DNA from: an uncultured Flavobacteriales bacterium
GTDB lineage: Bacteria > Bacteroidota > Bacteroidia > Flavobacteriales_D > Parvicellaceae
Length of the DNA: 64,000 nt
Reading direction: 5' to 3'
NCBI GenBank assembly: GCA_963926405.1
Contig: CAWUXI010000019.1
Span: forward strand, 3,316 to 67,315
Below the pieces are notes generated by a model. That model was not told the DNA's origin, did not search any database, and saw only the letters and a list, made by a program, of their open reading frames with translations. Made by a program: the position numbers and the translations under genes. This document shows positions 17,922 through 26,271 of the stretch, in pieces. Numbering within the stretch: position 1 is the stretch's first letter; each line of letters opens with the position of its first letter.

Positions 17922-19463
17922 TTAATTTAATGCTTTCGGGTTACGCTTACTAATCAAAAACAAAGCACCAAAGGAGAGCAATGCATTGTAAATTATCAAT
18001 TCAGCTCCAAACTTATACTCGCCAAACCAGTCAACAAGATCGTTACTTGCCAAGTACCAGATTGTAGCCATTCCTCCCCCAACTAAAACACATACAATTG
18101 GCACTAAAGTGTCTTTTAGTTTTCGCTTGGTAAGGATTCCAAAAAAGAACAATCCGATTAACGGTCCATATGTGAATCCTGCCAACTTAATTAGCAACCA
18201 AATAGCGGAATCTTCTGTTGTGTATCGCAAGATTATCACAACTAATATCAAAACAAAAGACATTGCAATGTGAACCATTTTTCGAATTTTCTCTTGCTTC
18301 GTTCCAGACTTCTTTACACTATCCAATAATTCATCATTGGAAACTGAAATTTGTTGGTCTTTCTTTTCATTTACGTTCAGAAAATCGACAGAAAAAGAAG
18401 TGGTTAAAGATGTAAGAGCAGAATCTGCACTGCTATATGCAGCGGCAATTAACCCCAACAAAAACAACAAACCAACCGTAATTCCCATTGAACCTTCCAT
18501 TGCGATGGATGAAAATAGTAGATCCGTTCTGCCTGCTTCGAGCACATCATTTCCAATTCCAGTAGATGAGTTATACATAAACAGCAATGCCCCCATTGCA
18601 AGAAAAACCAAATTAACAACAACTAAAACAACCGCCATACTCAGCATATTCTTCTGCGCATCTTTGATATTTTTACAACTCAAATTCTTTTGCATCATAT
18701 CTTGATCAAGCCCAGTCATTCCGATAGTGATAAATATTCCACCTAGAAAGTGCTTCCAGAAATAATTACCACTTTGCCAATCATCAAAAAAGAAAATTTG
18801 GCTGTATTTACTATCTGCAACTGCATTCACTAGACCTCCTTTACCTGCTAAATGAAGTGCATCACTTACCAACCAAACAGTAAACAATACAGCAAACAAC
18901 ATAAAGGCCGTCTGCAGCGTGTCCGTCCAAATTATTGTTTTTATTCCTCCTCTATTTGTATAAATCCAAATCAACAAGACAGATATAACCACTGTTACCC
19001 AAAATGGAATTCCCCAATCGTCAAATAAAATTTGTTGCAAAACACTTGCTACTAAAAGCAATCGAATGGAAGCTCCAATAATTCTTGAGAGTAAGAAGAA
19101 CGCTGCCCCCGTTTTATAACTCCAAAATCCAAATCGATGCTTCAGATATTCGTAGATTGAGGTTAAATTCATTTTATAATAAATAGGCATCAAAACATAA
19201 GAAACAACAAGATAACCTATAAAATAGCCAAATACCATTTGCATGTAGCTAAACTGACCGCCATCTACACCTCCCGGCACAGAAATAAAAGTAACACCAG
19301 ACAAGGATGCGCCAATCATTCCAAAGGAGACAATGTACCATGGTGATTTTTTTTCACCCAAAAAGAACGAATTATTATCTGCTTCCCTACTTGTCCGCCA
19401 CGCTATAAACACCAGTACTAAAAAGTAAATTACGATTACAGAAATGATCAATGTATTTGACAT
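17922..19463 (-). CDS. sodium:solute symporter family transporter
   Basis: 513 aa and polytopic. SSF-like pattern (GGIKTIIWTDTLQ). Confidence 0.85.
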   Translation of the reverse strand: MSNTLIISVIVIYFLVLVFIAWRTSREADNNSFFLGEKKSPWYIVSFGMIGASLSGVTFISVPGGVDGGQFSYMQMVFGYFIGYLVVSYVLMPIYYKMNLTSIYEYLKHRFGFWSYKTGAAFFLLSRIIGASIRLLLVASVLQQILFDDWGIPFWVTVVISVLLIWIYTNRGGIKTIIWTDTLQTAFMLFAVLFTVWLVSDALHLAGKGGLVNAVADSKYSQIFFFDDWQSGNYFWKHFLGGIFITIGMTGLDQDMMQKNLSCKNIKDAQKNMLSMAVVLVVVNLVFLAMGALLFMYNSSTGIGNDVLEAGRTDLLFSSIAMEGSMGITVGLLFLLGLIAAAYSSADSALTSLTTSFSVDFLNVNEKKDQQISVSNDELLDSVKKSGTKQEKIRKMVHIAMSFVLILVVIILRYTTEDSAIWLLIKLAGFTYGPLIGLFFFGILTKRKLKDTLVPIVCVLVGGGMATIWYLASNDLVDWFGEYKFGAELIIYNALLSFGALFLISKRNPKALN

Positions 19464-19646
19464 GCAATAAAGTTATTTAAATTCCTCTTCTAATTTGAAA
19501 ATTTTTCTTTTTTACCATAATTGCGTTTTTTTATCCAACCATAGCCTCAGCTATGCCTCTCAAAAATGCCTTATTCTGAAAAAAAATAATTCGTTTACTT
19601 CTTTGTAATAAGATTTTTAACAACTTTAACAAAGAAAAGGTTTTCT

Positions 19647-19654
19647 TATGTTTG
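19647..19654 (+). promoter_or_regulatory. -7 promoter box TATGTTTG for the decarboxylase gene
   Basis: Perfect TAnnTTTG. The ATG at 19648 used by the ORF track lies inside this box, which supports ATG 19705 as the true start. Confidence 0.5.
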
Positions 19655-19704
19655 TAGATAAACGTTACAAATTAGATTTCCACGTAAGACTATTAGTATC
19701 GCCC

Positions 19705-21180
19705 ATGAACCTAGAAGCCCAGCTCAAACAACTCGAAAAATCAGCACGTAAATTAGACTTAACTTCAGATGAAAGAAAAGAATATGACGCAACCATAAGA
19801 GATTATCTATTTAACTTCTTAGATGAATTAGAAAGCAAAAACTCATGGGCAGCTGACTCCGAGCCAAGCAAAGAAATCTATGACTTTCCTATAACTGAAA
19901 ATGGATATAAATTAGAAGATTTACTTAGCCTTTATGAGAGATCAGTCAATAATACTGGACTTCAACCTGCTTCTGGCGGACATCTAGGTTACATCCCAGG
20001 TGGAGGTGTACCACTTGCAGGGTACGGAGATTTAATCGCTGCGATTACGAATAAATATTCTGGCATTTATTTTGGAAACCCAGGAGCCATACGATTGGAA
20101 AATCATTTAATTGACTGGACGGCTAAGCTATTTGGATTTACTGGAGAATACGGTGGAAATCTAACTACTGGGGGAAGTATTGGAAACCTAATTGCAATAG
20201 TTTCTGCAAGAGATGCGCACAACGTAAAAGGAAAAGATTACGAAACAACTGTAATATATGGATCTTCCCAAATGCACCATAGCCTTAACAAGGCCATTCG
20301 TATTGCTGGCTTAGGAGAATGTATTTACAGAGATATTCCGCTGAAAGAGGATTATCATTTGGATACTGACTTCCTTACTAATCAAGTTAAAAAAGACAAA
20401 TCGCAAGGGCTAAAACCATTTTTAATAATCGGCTCAGCGGGAACAACAGATACCGGGGTAATTGACGACTTAAATAAATTATCTGAAATCTCACAGCAGA
20501 ATGATTGCTGGTTTCACGTTGACGGTGCATATGGAGGTTATTTCTATCTTATCGATGAATTAAAAGACAAGTTTAAAGGAATCGAAAAAGCAGATTCGCT
20601 GGTGATTGACCCACACAAAGGATTGTTTTTACCATACGGAACAGGTATGGTATTAGTAAAGGATAGAAAAGCAATGTTGCATTCTCATTATTATACAGCA
20701 AACTATATGCAGGATGCATACAAAGCTCCTGAAGAATGGTCCCCTGCAGATGTTTCTCCTGAATTATCTCGAAATTTTAGAGGATTAAGAATGTGGCTAC
20801 CACTAATGGTTCACGGACTAAAACCTTTTAAAGATGCTATTTTAGAAAAATATATTTTGACTAAATACGCATATCAAAAACTAAAGGAAACCCCTTATAT
20901 AGAGGTTGGGAAAGAGCATGAGTTATCTGTGCAAACCTTCCGGTTTTGGAAGAGAAATACGTCGGATGAGAATTTAAATAAACTCAATGAGAAAATACTT
21001 GAAGGACTTCACAATGATGGAAGAATATTCATTTCATCAACTAGAATAAACGGTATTTACACTTTACGTTTTGCAATTTTATCTTTTAGGACACACAAAC
21101 GAGAAATTGACTTGATTTTAGAAATGATGGAAGAACAAGCTGTAGTATTTGGGTTAAAAAAAATAGATCTTACTTTCTGA
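19705..21180 (+). CDS. PLP-dependent group II amino-acid decarboxylase
   Basis: 491 aa. PLP-lysine context SLVIDPHKGLFLPYGTG, with a GGSIGNL segment upstream. Confidence 0.85.
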   Translation: MNLEAQLKQLEKSARKLDLTSDERKEYDATIRDYLFNFLDELESKNSWAADSEPSKEIYDFPITENGYKLEDLLSLYERSVNNTGLQPASGGHLGYIPGGGVPLAGYGDLIAAITNKYSGIYFGNPGAIRLENHLIDWTAKLFGFTGEYGGNLTTGGSIGNLIAIVSARDAHNVKGKDYETTVIYGSSQMHHSLNKAIRIAGLGECIYRDIPLKEDYHLDTDFLTNQVKKDKSQGLKPFLIIGSAGTTDTGVIDDLNKLSEISQQNDCWFHVDGAYGGYFYLIDELKDKFKGIEKADSLVIDPHKGLFLPYGTGMVLVKDRKAMLHSHYYTANYMQDAYKAPEEWSPADVSPELSRNFRGLRMWLPLMVHGLKPFKDAILEKYILTKYAYQKLKETPYIEVGKEHELSVQTFRFWKRNTSDENLNKLNEKILEGLHNDGRIFISSTRINGIYTLRFAILSFRTHKREIDLILEMMEEQAVVFGLKKIDLTF

Positions 21181-21293
21181 TTTTCAGATCCTAGCTCAAG
21201 ATTATTTGAATAACTTTTCACTTAGAATCCTGAATGCGAAACAAGGAACAGTGAACACTAGAACAAAATATCGTTAATAACATTTCAAACTTG

Positions 21294-21326
21294 TTTGTTA
21301 TTCAATCTCAGTATCCACTATTTTTG
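21294..21326 (+). promoter_or_regulatory. recR promoter, leaderless type
   Basis: TTTG (21294-21297), then N21, then TATTTTTG (21319-21326). ATG 21331 is only 4 nt downstream. Confidence 0.6.
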
Positions 21327-21330
21327 CTGC

Positions 21331-21948
21331 ATGGATTTCCATTCTAAATTATTGAATAATGCTGTAGAACAAATGGCGACTCTTCCTGGAGTAGGCAAGA
21401 GAACTGCATTGCGCCTAGTATTAGATATGCTGAAACGTTCCGAAAGCGATGTTGAAGCTTTTACAATGGCAATGACACGTCTAAAAAACGAAATCAAATT
21501 CTGTAAGAAGTGTAAAAACATAAGCGACGCAGATTTGTGTAATATTTGTGCTAACCCACAAAGAGATGAATCGACCATCTGCGTTATTCAAGATATCAGA
21601 GACATCCTAGCAATTGAAGCAACACAACAATATAAAGGGCTTTACCATATTCTTGGGGGTATAATATCTCCAATGGACGGTATTGGTCCAGATGATTTAC
21701 ATATCGCAAGCTTAATTGAAAGAGCAAGTTTACCCGATTCTAAAGAAATTATTTTAGCCTTAAGCGCTACTATGGAAGGTGACACTACCAATTTTTACCT
21801 TTTCAGGAAACTAAAAGATTGTAATATTAATGTTAGTGTTATTTCCAGAGGCATTGGTATTGGTAATGAATTAGAATTCACAGATGAAGTTACCCTTGGT
21901 CGATCTATCCTAAATCGTTCTCCTTTTGAGAATAGCTTGGCGCGTTAA
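21331..21948 (+). CDS. recR: recombination protein RecR
   Basis: 205 aa. It has a helix-hairpin-helix (LPGVGKRTALR), a C4 zinc finger (CKKCKNISDADLCNIC) and a Toprim segment. Confidence 0.95.
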   Translation: MDFHSKLLNNAVEQMATLPGVGKRTALRLVLDMLKRSESDVEAFTMAMTRLKNEIKFCKKCKNISDADLCNICANPQRDESTICVIQDIRDILAIEATQQYKGLYHILGGIISPMDGIGPDDLHIASLIERASLPDSKEIILALSATMEGDTTNFYLFRKLKDCNINVSVISRGIGIGNELEFTDEVTLGRSILNRSPFENSLAR

Positions 21949-21978
21949 AAAGTCCCTAATGGAAATTTCATTTAGGGG
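21947..21978 (-). terminator. possible terminator hairpin between convergent recR and osmC
   Basis: CCCTAA (21954-21959) pairs with TTAGGG (21972-21977). On the minus strand a U5 run follows (plus-strand A-run 21947-21951). The stem is short and the loop is 12 nt. Confidence 0.35.
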
Positions 21979-22084
21979 TGAATTGGAAAAAATGAATATC
22001 ATATTAAAGGGTGTAGAATGTTACCTAAATTAAGATGTTTCTCTTTGTTTACTTATTGCTATTGTTTCAAATCGTTTTTTCCCT

Positions 22085-22495
22085 TCAATTTATTTTATAC
22101 GCATACGTAATTTTAACTTTTTCGTCAATTGTCTTGGCAACTGAACAGTATTTTTTAACAGATAATTCTACCGCTTTTTGGACTTTTTTATCATCCAAAT
22201 CCCCTATAAAAACAAACTCCATATGAATAGTCTCAAAATATGCTGGGACGCCATCTACTCTTATTCCTTGAGTTATTACCTCGTAAGATTTTATTACTTG
22301 TTTCTGTTTTTCAAGAATTAAACAAACATCAATGCTAGCGCAACCAGCAATAGCATGCAACATTAACTCCATTGGCCGAGTACCAATACCTGTGCCGCCA
22401 GCGCTTTCTGCAGCGCCAATGCTAACAGTATCGTTACTTGTGTTAATTCCTTCGAATTGTAATTTATCTTTCAACTTTCTTAAATGTACTTTCAT
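22085..22495 (-). CDS. OsmC-family peroxiredoxin-like protein
   Basis: 136 aa. OsmC/Ohr pattern with two conserved Cys contexts (AIAGCASID and KYCSVA). Confidence 0.85.
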   Translation of the reverse strand: MKVHLRKLKDKLQFEGINTSNDTVSIGAAESAGGTGIGTRPMELMLHAIAGCASIDVCLILEKQKQVIKSYEVITQGIRVDGVPAYFETIHMEFVFIGDLDDKKVQKAVELSVKKYCSVAKTIDEKVKITYAYKIN

Positions 22496-22831
22496 GTTAT
22501 TGTGTATCTATTTTTTAGTGACTCCGTAAATAAACACCCCCAAGATAACCGATAGAATTGGAATTACAATTATCCAATTCCTTAATCCTAAACAAAGCAA
22601 TATTGGAGTCCCAATGGATTCAATATAATAGCTTCAATAGAATTGTTGATATTGCTACAACACAAAAGAACTGCCAAATTCAACGTACAAATGGAAGGAT
22701 TGAAATTGAAACATTTCCACTATTCGATACAAAGAAACAGCCACACTTAATCAAGATAAAACCAAAAAAGAATAAAAACTACTTTTTCAAAGCAGAAAAT
22801 AAACACAGGTAAAAATCGTTGGAAGAATTGT

Positions 22832-22839
22832 TATATTTG
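22832..22839 (+). promoter_or_regulatory. -7 promoter box TATATTTG for the GT2 fusion gene
   Basis: Perfect TAnnTTTG 23 nt upstream of the TTG start at 22863. Confidence 0.45.
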
Positions 22840-22862
22840 CGCAAACACCAGTAAATCGATTT

Positions 22863-24797
22863 TTGAAACTTTCGGTAATCATAGTCAATTACAATGTTGA
22901 GTACTTCTTAGAACAGTGCTTGAACTCAGTTAGAGCTGCCTCTAAAAAATTAGAGATAGAAACATTTGTGGTCGATAATAATTCTATCGATAATTCTGTC
23001 GCTATGGTGCAGGATAAATTCCCAGAAGTACTGCTTATTGCTAATAAGGAAAATACAGGGTTTTCTAAGGCAAATAACCAAGCAATACGAATTGCCAAAG
23101 GAGAATATGTCCTGTTACTAAATCCAGATACGGTTGTAGAAGAAGACACTTTTAGTAAGTGTATTGAATTCATGGACACCCATACGGATGCAGGTGGACT
23201 AGGCATTGAAATGTTGGATGGAAAAGGAAAATTTTTGCCAGAATCAAAAAGAGGCCTACCCACTCCGAGTGTCGCTTTTTATAAAATATTTGGATTATCA
23301 TCGTTGTTTCCTAAATCGAAAAAATTTGGAAAATATCATTTAGGTTACCTTCCTCAAAATGAAACCAATGAAATAGAAATTTTATCCGGTGCATTTATGT
23401 TAATGCGAAAAACTGTATTAGATAAAGTTGGATTACTCGATGAAGCTTTTTTCATGTATGGAGAAGACATTGACTTATCTTATAGAATAATTTTAGGAGG
23501 TTATAAAAACTACTACTTCCCTAAAACCAGAATAATTCATTATAAAGGAGAAAGCACTAAAAAAAGTTCGGTTAATTATGTCTTTGTTTTTTACAACGCA
23601 ATGGTAATTTTTGCTAAAAAACACTTTTCAGAGAAAAATGCCAAAACTTTTTCTTTTCTAATCAATCTTGCTATATACTTGAGGGCTTCAATGGCCATTA
23701 CAACTAGGTTTTTAAAGAAACTTGCATTCCCTTTATTTGATTTTTGCTTGGTGCTTACCACAATGTTTGGAATCACAGTTGGATACCAACTTTTTTCGAA
23801 CAAAGATTTTCCTCTTGAAGTTATAACTTGGGCGCTTCCAATTTATAGTTCTGTTTGGATCCTTGCAGCTTTTTTCTCCGGAGCCTACGACAAACCTATA
23901 AAACCTGCAAAAGCCCTAATTGGAGCTATTGTTGGCACTGCACTTATCCTCATTATTTATGGCTTACTTCCCAAATCTGTGCAATTTTCAAGAATCATTA
24001 TTTTATTAGGAACATTGGGAACTTCCCTGTCCCTTTTATTTTCAAGATTCACCTTACATTTAACAGGAATTAAAGGGTTTGAAATTGGAAATACAGGTAA
24101 AAAAAGATTCGTAATTATTGGAGAAAAAGAGGAAGCTGAAAGGATTCATGATTTATTAAAGCAAACAACGAAAGTTGGATACAAAGCGATACTTTCTGTG
24201 CATAACAACAATTTAAATGAGTATGATGGGACATTAAATCAACTAGCAGATTTCATTCATATTAATAAAATTGATGAAGTGATTTTTTGCGCAAAAGATA
24301 TTAGTGCACAGCAAATCATCGAGCAAATGGCAACAATCAAATCCAATCGAGAAGTCGATTATAAAATTGCTCAACCTGATAGTCTTTTTTTAATTGGAAG
24401 TAACTCTATACATACTGCTGGAGATTTATATCTGTTAGATGTAAACAACATTGACAAACCGAACAATAAACGAAAAAAACGAATTTTAGACTTCTGTTCG
24501 AGCCTTATTTTCCTTTCGTTATTTCCTTTTTTAATTTTTGTAGTCAAAAGTCCTATTCAATTTTTGGAAAATATTTTCAGTACTCTATTTGGAAAAAAAA
24601 CTTGGGTAGGATACAGTAAACAAAGCAAAAATCAACAGCTTCCGCTCATAAAAATTGGAATAATCAGTTTATTAGATAATGTCAAGACTCACTCTCCTGA
24701 AATTGAGAAAAAATTGAACCTTATTTATGCTAAAGATTATGCTCTTTTAACAGATTTTAAAACCATTTATAGGAATATAAAAAAACTAGGGAATTAA
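22863..24797 (+). CDS. GT2 glycosyltransferase fused to a membrane, Rossmann-like and truncated sugar-phosphotransferase-like module
   Basis: 644 aa with a TTG start. The N-terminal GT-A domain shows SVIIVNYN, VVDNNSIDNS and MYGEDIDLSYR. About 4 TM helices follow, then a KRFVIIGEKEEA Rossmann-like segment, then KRILDFCSSLIFLSLFPFL (re-entrant-helix-like). I could not see a downstream KFRTM-type catalytic region. Confidence 0.75.
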   Translation: MKLSVIIVNYNVEYFLEQCLNSVRAASKKLEIETFVVDNNSIDNSVAMVQDKFPEVLLIANKENTGFSKANNQAIRIAKGEYVLLLNPDTVVEEDTFSKCIEFMDTHTDAGGLGIEMLDGKGKFLPESKRGLPTPSVAFYKIFGLSSLFPKSKKFGKYHLGYLPQNETNEIEILSGAFMLMRKTVLDKVGLLDEAFFMYGEDIDLSYRIILGGYKNYYFPKTRIIHYKGESTKKSSVNYVFVFYNAMVIFAKKHFSEKNAKTFSFLINLAIYLRASMAITTRFLKKLAFPLFDFCLVLTTMFGITVGYQLFSNKDFPLEVITWALPIYSSVWILAAFFSGAYDKPIKPAKALIGAIVGTALILIIYGLLPKSVQFSRIIILLGTLGTSLSLLFSRFTLHLTGIKGFEIGNTGKKRFVIIGEKEEAERIHDLLKQTTKVGYKAILSVHNNNLNEYDGTLNQLADFIHINKIDEVIFCAKDISAQQIIEQMATIKSNREVDYKIAQPDSLFLIGSNSIHTAGDLYLLDVNNIDKPNNKRKKRILDFCSSLIFLSLFPFLIFVVKSPIQFLENIFSTLFGKKTWVGYSKQSKNQQLPLIKIGIISLLDNVKTHSPEIEKKLNLIYAKDYALLTDFKTIYRNIKKLGN

Positions 24798-24808
24798 TCC
24801 TTTTTTAC

Positions 24809-24840
24809 AGGAATAAATTTCTTGTTATTCCTAATTTTTT
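24809..24840 (+). terminator. Rho-independent terminator after the GT2 fusion gene
   Basis: AGGAATAA (24809-24816) pairs perfectly with TTATTCCT (24825-24832). The loop is 8 nt and is followed by AATTTTTT. Confidence 0.6.
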
Positions 24841-24876
24841 AGCCTATTTTTACGGCCTAAATCTATTAAGAAAGAC

Positions 24877-26226
24877 ATGGCTGATGTAGAGGTAATACTT
24901 CCTAAAATGGGAGAAAGTGTAGCAGAAGCAACCATTACTACATGGTTGAAAGAAGTTGGAGATACAATTGAAGAAGATGAACCGATTGTGGAAATCGCAA
25001 CAGACAAGGTTGACTCTGAGGTTCCTGCTCCTGCATCTGGAGTGCTAAAACAAAAGCTGTTTAATGATGGAGATGTGGTTCAAGTAGGAGCTGTATTTGC
25101 TATAATCGGTGCTGAAGGTGAAGAGACTATTGTTAGCGCTCCAGCACTAGCAGAAACAATTGAAGTTGCCATTGAACAAATCCAAGAAGAATTACTTGCT
25201 ACAATTGAATTCAGTAAAAATGGTATAGGCGTTCCAAAAAATGGACCGAGTGGAAGGTTTTATTCCCCTTTAGTTAGAAGCATTGCCAAAACTGAAGGTA
25301 TTTCTGTTGGAGAGCTTGAGTCCCTTGCTGGAACTGGCCAAGAAGGTCGAGTTACGAAAAAAGATATTCTAGGGTATGTTAATACCCGAATCGGTATTTC
25401 TGCTGCTGTTATCGAATCACCAATAAAAGCTGCTGCAATAGTTTCTAAAGCTGTTGCTCCAAGTAAAAATGATCAAGTAACTCCATTTTACAAAGCTCCT
25501 CCAGTTCCAATTGGTCCAAATGACGAAATAGTTGAAATGGATCGTATGCGTAAACTGATTGCTGACCACATGGTTATGTCAGTTCACGTTTCTCCTCATG
25601 TCACTTCCTTTGTAGAGGCTGATGTTACAAATATTGTAATGTGGCGTGATAAAATGAAAGAGGAGTTCATGAAAAGAGAGGGTGAGAAATTGACTTTTAC
25701 ACCCATTTTTATGGAAGCTGTAGTAAAAGCGTTAAAAGACTTTCCTAAAGTGAATGCAATGTTAGATGGAAATAATGTTGTTATCAAAAAAGACATTAAT
25801 CTTGGAATGGCTACGGCTCTTCCCTCAGGAAATTTAATTGTACCTGTTATTCATAATGCAGAACAATTAAACTTAGTTGGACTAGCAAAACAAGTTAATA
25901 GCCTTGCTAATGACGCTAGAAACAATAGTTTAAAGCCAGACCAAATACAGGGGGGAACATACACAGTTACAAATGTTGGAACTTTTGGAAACGTTATGGG
26001 AACTCCAATTATTAATCAACCACAAAGTGCCATTTTAGCTCTTGGAGCAATAAGAAAGAAACCTGCAGTAATAGAAACTCCTCAGGGAGATGCAATTGCA
26101 ATAAGACATATGATGTTTTTATCACACTCTTATGATCACAGAATAGTTGATGGAGCTTTAGGTGGAAGCTTTGTAAAAAGAGTTGCTGATTACCTTGAAC
26201 AATTTGATATCAATAGAGAAATTTAA
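24877..26226 (+). CDS. 2-oxoacid dehydrogenase E2 component (dihydrolipoamide acyltransferase)
   Basis: 449 aa. It has a lipoyl domain (EIATDKVDSEV), a subunit-binding domain (SPLVRSIAKTEGI) and a catalytic DHRxxDG motif (SYDHRIVDGA). Confidence 0.9.
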   Translation: MADVEVILPKMGESVAEATITTWLKEVGDTIEEDEPIVEIATDKVDSEVPAPASGVLKQKLFNDGDVVQVGAVFAIIGAEGEETIVSAPALAETIEVAIEQIQEELLATIEFSKNGIGVPKNGPSGRFYSPLVRSIAKTEGISVGELESLAGTGQEGRVTKKDILGYVNTRIGISAAVIESPIKAAAIVSKAVAPSKNDQVTPFYKAPPVPIGPNDEIVEMDRMRKLIADHMVMSVHVSPHVTSFVEADVTNIVMWRDKMKEEFMKREGEKLTFTPIFMEAVVKALKDFPKVNAMLDGNNVVIKKDINLGMATALPSGNLIVPVIHNAEQLNLVGLAKQVNSLANDARNNSLKPDQIQGGTYTVTNVGTFGNVMGTPIINQPQSAILALGAIRKKPAVIETPQGDAIAIRHMMFLSHSYDHRIVDGALGGSFVKRVADYLEQFDINREI

Positions 26227-26271
26227 TTCACCCTCAGAAGAAAGAACAAGTTTTGTACATTCCGGACAGCT

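Noticed and set aside
22558-22812. 84-aa ORF in the divergent osmC / GT2 intergenic region.
   Set aside because: It has a non-ATG start in the track and Lys/Asn/Gln-rich low-complexity sequence, with no signal or motif. The region is better explained as promoter DNA, with a perfect -7 box at 22832-22839 just downstream.
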